Positions 50,948 through 62,251 of a stretch of 64,000 nucleotides of DNA are shown here, in pieces. The position numbers and the translations under genes were made by a program. Source of the DNA: Candidatus Omnitrophota bacterium (GTDB lineage Bacteria; Omnitrophota; Gorgyraeia; Zapsychrales; Fredricksoniimonadaceae). The first letter of the stretch is position 1, and the number at the start of each line of letters is the position of its first letter. Location of the stretch: positions 5,651 to 69,650 of the forward strand of contig JACQCF010000020.1 in the NCBI GenBank assembly GCA_016201795.1, read 5' to 3'. The notes below the pieces were generated by a model. It saw only the letters and a program-made list of their open reading frames with translations, did not search any database and had not been told where the DNA came from.

Positions 50948-51709
50948 TTGTTGATGGATTGGAATGTATTTTTTATTCGTTTTTTGGTTTTGATGCTGGT
51001 GGTTCCGGGCATTATTATTTTCGTTTTGAGGATGGCGCTGGGTAAGGGGGTTGATGACGCCAGACAGCGTTTAGACCGTGACGCTGAGGCCGCTCGCCAG
51101 CGCGAACGCGATCTCAATGAGAAAATCAAAGAGGCCGATGCCGAGCTGCAGCGCCGTCAGAAAATGCTGGATATGATGGAGCGCAAGATGCGTCAGGAGC
51201 TGGAGGAAAAGGCCAGTAAAGAAAAAGAAGAGTTGATCCAAAAGGCGCGCGCGGAGGCGGAAGAAATCATTACGAAAGCTCAAAATGCCAAAGAAGCTAT
51301 TCGCCATGACATTGAGAAAACCATGGAAATTAGAATGGTTGATTATTCACTGAAAGTGATGAATGATGTCTTGAGCCATACGGTCAAAGAAACGGTGGAT
51401 CGCCAGCTGTTTGTCGAATTTGTGGAAAAATTGAAAAATGTCGACATGAGCCATTTGGGGCCGGATGTCAACAGTGCGGATGTAATCAGCGCTCATCCTC
51501 TGGGGCCCTTAGCGCTTGATGAAATCAGCAAAGTGTTTAAGGAAAAAATATTACGCGATGTCCTATTGAATCCGAAGATTGATAAAACCATCATCGGTGG
51601 CGTCATTTTGCAGTTTGAGAGCCTTCTGTTGGATGGCAGCTTGCAGAATGCCTTTAAGACCTCGGCCAATGCCATTAAAGCCCAGGTGGAGAAACAGTAT
51701 CCTACCTAA
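50948..51709 (+). CDS. F-type ATPase b subunit fused to the delta C-terminal domain
   Basis: N-terminal TM, long charged coiled coil (ARAEAEEII), C-terminal PKIDKTIIGGVILQFESLLLDGSL (delta/OSCP motif). Confidence 0.85.
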   Translation: MLMDWNVFFIRFLVLMLVVPGIIIFVLRMALGKGVDDARQRLDRDAEAARQRERDLNEKIKEADAELQRRQKMLDMMERKMRQELEEKASKEKEELIQKARAEAEEIITKAQNAKEAIRHDIEKTMEIRMVDYSLKVMNDVLSHTVKETVDRQLFVEFVEKLKNVDMSHLGPDVNSADVISAHPLGPLALDEISKVFKEKILRDVLLNPKIDKTIIGGVILQFESLLLDGSLQNAFKTSANAIKAQVEKQYPT

Positions 51710-51721
51710 AGGTATTGTTGT

Positions 51722-54026
<2,305 letters not shown>

Positions 54027-54028
54027 AT

Positions 54029-55732
54029 ATGTATAAGCCAGTTGCCAATAAGATCATCATCGATGTTTTAGTGAAAACCGGCCTTTTAACCAGCCAAGAC
54101 GCCGAACGTTATATCGTTTTAGCCAAAGCCGAACGCCGTAACCTTGATAGTTATTTAATTCGTCACGGTATTCTCACTGACCGTCAAATCGTTGAAGCTC
54201 TTGCCCAACAGTTGAAGCTGGATATTGTTGATTTAAAAGACATCGAGATTCCCTCCAGCGTGATTGAAAGGGTGCCGGTGAAATTTGCTTCCTTTTATGA
54301 ATTTATGCCGATTGCCATCGAAGGCAATCGTTTGAAATTAGCCATCTCCAGCCCTCTGGACGTTCGTGTGGTGGATGATATCCGCGCGCACCTGGGGCTT
54401 GAACCCAGGGAAGTGCTGGCCTTAAAATTTGATATCAATGAGGCCCTCAAAAAATATTATGGTTTGGCTTCAGAAACAATCGATAAAATTCTCACCCAGG
54501 AACCTCAACATAAAGATCACGCCCACACGCAAGCCTGGGTGGAGGATATCGAGAAAAAAAGCGAAGATCCATCGGTGGCCAAACTGGTCAATCAGATTAT
54601 TTTGGAGGCTTATCAGAAGAGAGCCACCGACATTCATCTAGAACCTTACCGCGATAAAGTGCGCCTGCGTTACCGTATCGACGGGGTTTTGATCGACGCC
54701 AATTTGCCGCCGGAGGCCAAACTTTTTCTTTTGCCGATGCTTTCACGCATTAAAATTATGTCGAATTTAAGCATCACCGAAAAACGCCTGCCGCAGGACG
54801 GCAGCGCGGTGGTGCGTACCAAGGATCAGGATTTGGATTTGCGTATTTCCACCATTCCAACCCTACGGGGGGAAAGCATGGTCATTCGTATTCTGCCCAC
54901 TCAAAATATGCGTACGACGTTGGAAAGTTTGGGGCTTAATGAACATAATGCCGCACAACTGCGCGGTTTAATCGCTCAACCTCACGGTATTATTTTTGTG
55001 ACCGGGCCAACCGGAAGCGGCAAGACCACCACCCTTTACGCCTGTCTTAATGAGCTTAACCGCGATGAGCGCAAGATCATCACCATTGAAGACCCCATTG
55101 AATATGAAATGGAAGGAATTACCCAGATTCAAATCAGTCCGCGGCTGAATTTTGGTTTCGCGCAAGGGTTGCGCAGTATCTTGCGTCATGATCCGGACAT
55201 TATCATGGTCGGGGAAGTGCGCGATTTAGAAACAGTACAGATTGCCATCCGCACGGCGCTGACCGGTCATCTGGTGTTTTCCACCCTGCATACCAATGAT
55301 GCCGCCAGCGGTATCACACGCTTGATTGACATGGGGGTTGAACCTTATTTGGTGGCTTCTTCCGTCGAGGCTTTTGCGGCTCAGCGTTTGGTTCGTTTAA
55401 TTTGTCCTCAATGCAAAACACAAGATAGCGGTATCACGCCGCTGGTGCGCCAGGAGATGGCGCAATCTTTGTCTTTGCCCTCGGTGGATTTTAAAATTTA
55501 TAAAGGCCGCGGCTGCGACCATTGCCATGGTACAGGTTTCTGGGGCCGCAGTGCGATTTATGAAATTTTACCTATGAATGAAACGATTCGCGCCATGTTA
55601 AGCCACCAGCCCCGTGTAGCCACTATCAAGAAAGCCGCCATCAGCGGCGGCATGCAAACATTGCGCCAAAACGGCTGGCAGTGCGTCCTGAAGGGTTTGA
55701 CAACACCAGCGGAAGTGATGTATGTGACTTAA
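54029..55732 (+). CDS. gspE: GspE/PilB secretion ATPase
   Basis: ATDIHLEP, EKRLPQDG, GPTGSGKTTTLY, TIEDPIEY, LRHDPDIIMVGEVRD, TGHLVFSTLHTND, CxxC...CxxC. Confidence 0.96.
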   Translation: MYKPVANKIIIDVLVKTGLLTSQDAERYIVLAKAERRNLDSYLIRHGILTDRQIVEALAQQLKLDIVDLKDIEIPSSVIERVPVKFASFYEFMPIAIEGNRLKLAISSPLDVRVVDDIRAHLGLEPREVLALKFDINEALKKYYGLASETIDKILTQEPQHKDHAHTQAWVEDIEKKSEDPSVAKLVNQIILEAYQKRATDIHLEPYRDKVRLRYRIDGVLIDANLPPEAKLFLLPMLSRIKIMSNLSITEKRLPQDGSAVVRTKDQDLDLRISTIPTLRGESMVIRILPTQNMRTTLESLGLNEHNAAQLRGLIAQPHGIIFVTGPTGSGKTTTLYACLNELNRDERKIITIEDPIEYEMEGITQIQISPRLNFGFAQGLRSILRHDPDIIMVGEVRDLETVQIAIRTALTGHLVFSTLHTNDAASGITRLIDMGVEPYLVASSVEAFAAQRLVRLICPQCKTQDSGITPLVRQEMAQSLSLPSVDFKIYKGRGCDHCHGTGFWGRSAIYEILPMNETIRAMLSHQPRVATIKKAAISGGMQTLRQNGWQCVLKGLTTPAEVMYVT

Positions 55733-55736
55733 CACC

Positions 55737-56942
55737 ATGCCTTCTTATTTGTACAAAGCTAAAAAAAATTTTGCTGAGACCGTCACCGGCCGCATGGAGG
55801 CCCAGACCCAGGAAGAAGCTCTGGATTTGATTCATCAGCTGGGGCTGGTGCCGGTATCATTGGAAGAAGTAGCTGGAGGTATTTTAGTCAGAGACATACG
55901 TCCTCGTCGCATTAGCCTCAAAGAAATTTATTATTTTACTAAACAATTGGGAGGCCTTATTAAATCCGGCGTAGCTTTGCTTAAAAGCCTTGAGGTTATT
56001 AGCACCCAGACTAAAAATGTTTATTTGGCCAAAGTCATCAGCGATATCGCCCTGGCGGTCAAAAGCGGCCGTTCGTTTTCTCTGACTTTAAGCGATTATC
56101 CCGAAATTTTTTCTCCTTTATATGTGGCCATGGTTCAGGCGGGGGAAGAAATTGGGCATTTGCGCGGTGTGCTTTTGGATGTAGCTGAATTTCAAAAGAA
56201 ACAGCAGGAATTTTCTTCTAAAGTAACCGGCGCCCTGGTTTATCCGCTACTCATGCTGGCGATAGGTCTTTTAACAGTCTCCTTTATCCTTACCTTTGTT
56301 TTGCCTAAAATCGCCGTCATCTACGCAGATACTTCCCAGAGCCTGCCATGGCCGACTTTGGTGATTACGCAAGTCAGCTATTTTTTTCAAACTTTTTGGA
56401 TTTTTTTGGTGATGGTCGTCGTCATCGCTACGATCATCTTTAACCGCTGGTACCAGAGGCCGTCGGCAAAAATCATCATTGGTCAATGGTTTTTGCATAT
56501 GCCTTTTTTGAGAGAGTTGGTTGTCAAGACGGATTTAGTCCGTTTTACCCGCACGACGCATTTGCTTCTTAACAGCGGTTTGACGTTGGTGCGCTCGATG
56601 GAAGTGGCGCTTCCAACCATCACTAATCCATTGTTAAGAGAAGATTTATCCAACTGCGTGGGCGGTTTAAAATCGGGAGAAAGCTTGGGGAGTTGTCTGA
56701 AGCAGTCTTTACTGGTACCGGATATGATCCGGCAAATGCTCTCTGTAGCGGAAGAAAGTGGATCTTTGCAAGAGTCCTTGGGGGACATTGCCGAAGCTTA
56801 TGAAGCAGAGATCAATGAAACCATCCGTTTGATCACCACTTTGCTGGAGCCGGCTATGATCCTGACGGTGGGGCTGGTGGTGGGGTTTATCGTTTTTGCC
56901 ATGCTGCTGCCGATTTTTTCCATGGATATCCTAGCCCGTTAG
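55737..56942 (+). CDS. gspF: GspF/PilC inner-membrane platform protein
   Basis: FTKQLGGLIKSG, AGEEIG, ALVYP, AEESGSL, LLEPAMIL, AMLLPIF. Confidence 0.95.
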   Translation: MPSYLYKAKKNFAETVTGRMEAQTQEEALDLIHQLGLVPVSLEEVAGGILVRDIRPRRISLKEIYYFTKQLGGLIKSGVALLKSLEVISTQTKNVYLAKVISDIALAVKSGRSFSLTLSDYPEIFSPLYVAMVQAGEEIGHLRGVLLDVAEFQKKQQEFSSKVTGALVYPLLMLAIGLLTVSFILTFVLPKIAVIYADTSQSLPWPTLVITQVSYFFQTFWIFLVMVVVIATIIFNRWYQRPSAKIIIGQWFLHMPFLRELVVKTDLVRFTRTTHLLLNSGLTLVRSMEVALPTITNPLLREDLSNCVGGLKSGESLGSCLKQSLLVPDMIRQMLSVAEESGSLQESLGDIAEAYEAEINETIRLITTLLEPAMILTVGLVVGFIVFAMLLPIFSMDILAR

Positions 56943-57061
56943 TGTTTCGTGACATTTTATGTGGAAAGTCTTTACATGATCGATTTTTTGGTTAAAACTG
57001 ATAGTCAGGATACTTTCAGTGATCCCGTCGGTATTGCGTGGAAGCGTTGAGGTATAATACA

Positions 57062-57472
57062 ATGAAACATAGAGGCGGTTTTACTTTGGTGGAAATTATG
57101 CTGGTGGTGATTATTATCGCGGCTTTATCGGCGATGATTATCCCGCGTTTGGTTGGCCGCGGGGAGCAGGCCAAAGTCAAAATCGCCAAAAGCGATATTG
57201 CAGCCAATATCCCCACGGCTTTAAAGCTTTATGAGTTAGATAACGGTATTTTTCCAACCACCGCCCAGGGTTTAAACGCTTTGCGCGTTAAGCCGACTAA
57301 CAATCCCATCCCTCAAAATTGGAACGGGCCTTATCTGGAAAAAGGTCCTATTGATCCCTGGGGCCGGTCGTATGTTTATGTATCCCCTGGCGAGCACGGC
57401 TTGGATTATGATCTTTCCTCTAAAGGCAAAGATGAAACCTCCGACAAGGACGATGTCGTCAATTGGCAATAA
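57062..57472 (+). CDS. gspG: Major pseudopilin GspG
   Basis: G|FTLVE prepilin site, ALKLYELDNG.FPTT.QGL.AL, WNGPYL, DPWG, Y.SPG. Confidence 0.95.
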   Translation: MKHRGGFTLVEIMLVVIIIAALSAMIIPRLVGRGEQAKVKIAKSDIAANIPTALKLYELDNGIFPTTAQGLNALRVKPTNNPIPQNWNGPYLEKGPIDPWGRSYVYVSPGEHGLDYDLSSKGKDETSDKDDVVNWQ

Positions 57473-57854
57473 AGAAAAAGGGTTTACGTTTGTTGAGGTC
57501 ATGGTCGCGCTGGTGATTCTCTCGGCCGGCATTGTCATGATTTATAAGAGTTTTTTTCTATACGCGGATTACCTGTCTTATTTAACCTGTCGCCTGCACG
57601 CCACCCAAATGATGGAGAGCAAAATTGCTGATATCGAACGTTCTTTTCGCCAAAGTCAGGGATCTTCTTTTGACACAGGAGCCATGACAGAGACGGTTAA
57701 GATCAATCATAAACGGGTTGATTTTAATTACACGATTAATACGACTTCCTTATTGGGCCTGGAGGGTGTTTATCGTATGGATATCACCCTGGCCTGGCAT
57801 GACGGACATCGTTTGATGCAATTGTCCCGTGCGAGTTTATTAACCAAAATATGA
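57453..57854 (+). CDS. Minor pseudopilin (GspI-like)
   Basis: KG|FTFVEVMVALVIL prepilin motif; ATG at 57453 overlaps gspG. Confidence 0.8.
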   Translation: MSSIGNKEKGFTFVEVMVALVILSAGIVMIYKSFFLYADYLSYLTCRLHATQMMESKIADIERSFRQSQGSSFDTGAMTETVKINHKRVDFNYTINTTSLLGLEGVYRMDITLAWHDGHRLMQLSRASLLTKI

Positions 57855-58444
57855 AACCTAAACCCAGGGCATTTACTTTAGTGGAAGTATTGTTAGCCGC
57901 TGCTCTGGTGGCGATGGTCGGGATGGCTATTTTCCAGGCCTTTGCCAATGGTTTGAAATTATGGACTAAAGCGCAGCGTTTAAATCGGGAAGCCGAAGTG
58001 GCTATTTTTTTGGATAGAATGGAGCAAGATTTAAGATCAACCCCTCTCATTTCCGGAATCAGTTTTAAAGGTATAGCCACGCAGATTTCTTTTCCGGCAG
58101 TGGTGATGACCAGGGCTGACAGAAAATCTTCGATGGCCTCGGAAGTGTTTATTGATCAAATCGGGGCTGTGCAGTATCGTTTTGATGCCCTTGAGCATAC
58201 GATTTTTCGACGGCAGACCAATTACGCGCAGGCACTCAAAGGTCAATGGGGTCAAGAATTGCCGGTCGTCGGTGGTATTGATGAGTTCAATTTTTATTAT
58301 GAAGTCGCGTCCGATAAAGGATTTTTGATGAAGCCGCAGAGCGATGAAGTGATCCCTTCGGGTGTTATGGTTAAGATGCATTTTAGCGATGACAGCGGGG
58401 AGCATCATCTCAGGCGCTATTTTAGGATACCGGTGGGCGGTTAA
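57851..58444 (+). CDS. Minor pseudopilin (GspJ-like)
   Basis: RA|FTLVEVLLA prepilin motif, RMEQDLRS. Confidence 0.82.
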   Translation: MKPKPRAFTLVEVLLAAALVAMVGMAIFQAFANGLKLWTKAQRLNREAEVAIFLDRMEQDLRSTPLISGISFKGIATQISFPAVVMTRADRKSSMASEVFIDQIGAVQYRFDALEHTIFRRQTNYAQALKGQWGQELPVVGGIDEFNFYYEVASDKGFLMKPQSDEVIPSGVMVKMHFSDDSGEHHLRRYFRIPVGG

Positions 58445-59475
58445 TGGCAACGAAAAATATGCTACTTAAACAGCGTCAGGGATTTGTGCTTATTTTTGCC
58501 CTGTGGGTTTTGGGGTTTTTGACTGTTTTGGCACTAGGGGTTGCCGCCGGTGTTCGCCAGAAAATCGTTTTGCTGCAAAAGCTTGATGAACGAAGCCGCA
58601 TGCACCATGTGCTGGAAGGGGCAGTGAAATATAGCGCGGCCTATCTGATCAATCAATTAAGCACGTCCGGATTTATCTACAACCCTGCTGTTAAAATGCA
58701 TTTGCATAATAACCCCCATCAATTTGGTCAGTTTGATCTAGGGGGGGATACAGCTTCGATCAGTTATACCTTGGCTGATGAAGGGTCTTCTCAAGAGCGG
58801 TTTGGCGTGGTTGATGAAGAACGGAAAATCAATCTTAATACGACCAATACAATCATTTTACAACGATTGATTGAGAGAGTTCTGGTTGTGAAACCTGATG
58901 AGGCCAAAGAATTAGCCCAAGCCATTTTAGATTGGCGTCACTACGGTCAAAGTCAGGTCAAAGGGTTTTTTAGCGATGAATATTATGAGAATTTAGAGTA
59001 TCCTTATGCGAAAAAGGATGCGGATTATGAAACCCTTGATGAGTTATTGCTGGTCAAGGGTATGACCAAAGACAAATATGAAAAGCTGATGGATGATGTG
59101 ACGATTTATGGCCAGGGCAAGGTCAATATCAATACAGCCCCGGCGCAGGTATTATATGCTTTAGGTCTACAGGATGCGCTCATCGATAAGATTCTTGAAG
59201 TCCGTCGGGGGAAAGATCAGAGTGAGGGGACCATGGATGATCATATATTTTTCAAAACTTTTGATGTGGCCAGTGAAGTCAATGCGATCATTAAACTTGA
59301 AGACGGAGAAATTCATGCCATCGATGCGTTAAATATACAAAATCTACTGACCACCAATTCCTATTATTTTTCTGTTTTGTCCCAAGCTCATTTAGCGCAC
59401 CGTCGCTCATCCCAAAAAATACGTGTGGTGATTTCTTCCAGAGAAAACAAGATTGTCTATTGGAGTCAGCGGTGA
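58444..59475 (+). CDS. gspK: Minor pseudopilin GspK
   Basis: QG|FVLIFALW, DEERKINLN, AILDWR, ELLLVKGM, VNINTAP. Confidence 0.92.
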   Translation: MATKNMLLKQRQGFVLIFALWVLGFLTVLALGVAAGVRQKIVLLQKLDERSRMHHVLEGAVKYSAAYLINQLSTSGFIYNPAVKMHLHNNPHQFGQFDLGGDTASISYTLADEGSSQERFGVVDEERKINLNTTNTIILQRLIERVLVVKPDEAKELAQAILDWRHYGQSQVKGFFSDEYYENLEYPYAKKDADYETLDELLLVKGMTKDKYEKLMDDVTIYGQGKVNINTAPAQVLYALGLQDALIDKILEVRRGKDQSEGTMDDHIFFKTFDVASEVNAIIKLEDGEIHAIDALNIQNLLTTNSYYFSVLSQAHLAHRRSSQKIRVVISSRENKIVYWSQR

Positions 59476-59564
59476 GTTAAAGGCAGTATCCTTCTATCAA
59501 AATAATTGTTTTTTGCATGGGGTAGAGAATTTTTGGCTATAATAAATTGAACTTAAACTAAGGA

Positions 59565-61007
59565 ATGTGCATGTTCGGCGCCGACCAGCGTATTTTAAGC
59601 TTTTCACTTAATGAAACTATTATCAAACTTGCTCAGGTGAGCTCTGGTGGACTCGTCGAGAAAATAGCCTGGGCTTTAGCGGCAGAGGCCTCGCCGGAGG
59701 TTTTGGGTCAGACTCTCAAAATACTTTTGAATGGGTTTGACCATAAGGCTATGGTCGTTTGTGTGATTCCCGCCAGCGCCGTTACCTCCAAAACTATTGA
59801 AGTGCCTTCTTTGGATCCTCAGGAAATCAAATCGATTCTCAATTTGCAGGTTAACCGCCATACGCCTTATTCGCGCCAAGAGGTTCTGGTGGGTTCCATC
59901 AATTTGGGGTTGGCCTCTGCCCATCAGACCAAGGTGCTTTTGGTCATTGCCCATCGCCATGTCATCAAAGACCGTCTGACGGTTTTAGAAAAGGTATCGC
60001 TTAATCCTGATAAAATTCTTTTTGTTCCCGAAGGTATTGGTCGTTTGTACGCCGGGGGATTGAATTTAAAGAAGGATTCATTGCCGGTGGGAATCATTGA
60101 TGTGGCTTTAACATCGGTTAATTTCATAGTGGTCTGCCGTGGCTCGGTGGTTTTTTGCCGCAGTATTCCTATCGGGATCAAACAGATGATCGAAAGCCAG
60201 GAAGCTGTGCTTAAGCTTTTGGAGGAAATCAATAAATCCATCGCCGCCTCCAGCGGTGAAGACGCTCAAGCCGCGGTAGCCTCTTTTGTTGTCACCAGCG
60301 ATCATGAAGTGGTCAGAAATATGTTACCCCTTTTGCAGGAAAGCCTCAAAGCCGAGGTTCGTTTAAGTCCTTATGTGAACTTGATCCAAGCCGGATCAGT
60401 CAAAAGTAAATTGCAACAAGATTTTGCCGACGACTCTTTCCTGGATGTCATCGCACCGGCGCTCACCCTTGCCAAATGCGAAGTCAATCTTATGCCCGAG
60501 GAAATGGTTCTCAAAAAGACTATCGAGAAACAAAGTCAGGAAGCGACCAAGGCAGGAATCGCAGCGGTACTCATGATGGTTTTGTTAGGTAGCATTATTT
60601 TTGGTAGGATTTATTTTAAAGATATATTTTTGAATAAGAATTTAAGAGAACAATTTGCCGGTCAAGCACAAGAAGTGCAAAAGCTCCAGGAGAGTTTAAA
60701 TAAAACGAAAATTGTGCGGCAGTATCTGCAAAGTCGCATGATCAGTTTGGACATTATCCATGAGCTTTATAGAATCACTCCCGTTCAAATTTATTTAAAT
60801 ACTGTTGCCCTGGAAGAAGACGGAACATTGACGGTCAGCGGCATTTCCGATTCTATGTCGCAGGTGTTTTCTTATGTGAAAGCTTTGTCTGATTCGTCTT
60901 TGTTTAAGAATGTGAAAACGAAATCTACGACGACCAAGAAAGATAACGGTCAGGACGTGGCTGCTTTCGAGCTGAGCTTAAAAGTGGAAGAATCCCTCAA
61001 GGAGTAA
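59565..61007 (+). CDS. PilM-PilN (GspL-like) fusion protein
   Basis: Actin-like PilM region (IIDVALTSVNF...FCRSIPIG), VNLMP motif, TM, then a PilN-like periplasmic ferredoxin fold. Confidence 0.8.
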   Translation: MCMFGADQRILSFSLNETIIKLAQVSSGGLVEKIAWALAAEASPEVLGQTLKILLNGFDHKAMVVCVIPASAVTSKTIEVPSLDPQEIKSILNLQVNRHTPYSRQEVLVGSINLGLASAHQTKVLLVIAHRHVIKDRLTVLEKVSLNPDKILFVPEGIGRLYAGGLNLKKDSLPVGIIDVALTSVNFIVVCRGSVVFCRSIPIGIKQMIESQEAVLKLLEEINKSIAASSGEDAQAAVASFVVTSDHEVVRNMLPLLQESLKAEVRLSPYVNLIQAGSVKSKLQQDFADDSFLDVIAPALTLAKCEVNLMPEEMVLKKTIEKQSQEATKAGIAAVLMMVLLGSIIFGRIYFKDIFLNKNLREQFAGQAQEVQKLQESLNKTKIVRQYLQSRMISLDIIHELYRITPVQIYLNTVALEEDGTLTVSGISDSMSQVFSYVKALSDSSLFKNVKTKSTTTKKDNGQDVAAFELSLKVEESLKE

Positions 61008-61562
61008 ATGGTGATTATCAAATTTATTTCCGGACTTTCCGATCAGGGCAAGAAACTATTGGTGATTGCTTTGATGATCGTGGTGGCTGCCTTGTTTGAT
61101 CGTCTTTTGATTGATCCTACCATGTCGTGGCTTTCGACCATTGATGAACAAATCCGCAAAGAAGAAGAGGCTATCAAACAGAATGTACATTTTTTAAGTT
61201 ATAAGGACAAAATTTTAAGAGAAAGTCAGGCGGTTGACCCCTATGTGACTCACCATCTGCCCAAGGAAGAGGAGATCATTGCCGCTTTTTTAAAGAAAAT
61301 CGAAATAGTGGCGACTAAAGCCAATGTGACGCTAGTCAAAGTAACGCCTTCCGCAGCTCAACAGGAGCCCTATGATTTAAAATATTCCGCGGATGTAGAA
61401 TGCTCTGGTCAATTGACCGATGTGGTGACCTTCATGCATTTGGTGAATAGCTCCAATGAATTAACGAAGGTCGTTAAGTTTAATCTGGGCTCCCCTAAAG
61501 CAGAGACAGATGAAATTAAAGCCACCATGACCATCTCCAAAATCATTGTCACTCAACGCTGA
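61008..61562 (+). CDS. PilO/GspM-like protein
   Basis: N-terminal TM, coiled coil, ferredoxin-like VECSGQLTDVVTFMHLV; follows PilMN. Confidence 0.75.
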   Translation: MVIIKFISGLSDQGKKLLVIALMIVVAALFDRLLIDPTMSWLSTIDEQIRKEEEAIKQNVHFLSYKDKILRESQAVDPYVTHHLPKEEEIIAAFLKKIEIVATKANVTLVKVTPSAAQQEPYDLKYSADVECSGQLTDVVTFMHLVNSSNELTKVVKFNLGSPKAETDEIKATMTISKIIVTQR

Positions 61563-62251
61563 TGTTACCGACACCAAAACGAATTAAAATTTTTTGTTGG
61601 GCGATATTGTCTCTTTTAGTTTTTTATCCTAACCTGGGCCGTGGCGCCACCATTCGTGATTTATATGAAGCCGCCGTGAATGCCTACACTCAAAGGCAGT
61701 ATGACCACGCCATTGAGCTTTATCAAGAAATCACCAAAGCAGCGCCGCAATTTGCTCCCGCCTACATTGGCCTGGGTCTGGCTCTTAAAGCCAAGGGAGC
61801 GGATATAGAAGAAGTTTTGTATTATTACAAAACAGCCACGGAAAAGGATTCCACCAACGCTCAGGCCCTAGAACAGTTGGGGCGGTTATATTATTCCATC
61901 AATCGATTAGACAAAGCCGAGGTTTGCTTTCAGAAGGCTTTAAAAATCGACCCCCACATGACCAATGCGAAGTTATCTTTGGCATGGATTGGTTTAGTGG
62001 GCAAAAAACCTAACCCACCGCGCGCCATTATCTATTTTCAAGATGTGCTCAAGAGTTCACCAACACCCAACGCTTATTTTGGTTTAGGGATAGCCTATTT
62101 CGCGGATAATCAAAGAGAAAAAGCCTTAGATATGATTACGCAGTTAAAGGGTATGGGTCAGGACGATTTAGCCGGTAAATTAGAAAAGGCCGTACGTGAA
62201 AACCAAAAAGTCATTTTAGATGAGAATACCCCTTCAGCTCAAAAACTTTAA
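61562..62251 (+). CDS. Secreted TPR protein
   Basis: Signal peptide and several TPRs (AYIGLGLAL, ALEQLGRLY..AEVCFQKALKIDP, AYFGLGIAY). Confidence 0.85.
   Translation: MLPTPKRIKIFCWAILSLLVFYPNLGRGATIRDLYEAAVNAYTQRQYDHAIELYQEITKAAPQFAPAYIGLGLALKAKGADIEEVLYYYKTATEKDSTNAQALEQLGRLYYSINRLDKAEVCFQKALKIDPHMTNAKLSLAWIGLVGKKPNPPRAIIYFQDVLKSSPTPNAYFGLGIAYFADNQREKALDMITQLKGMGQDDLAGKLEKAVRENQKVILDENTPSAQKL

Noticed and set aside
57034-57058. Promoter with perfect TATAAT before gspG
   Set aside because: The spacer to TTGCGT is only 13 bp and the ATG lies 3 bp downstream; the geometry is unconvincing.
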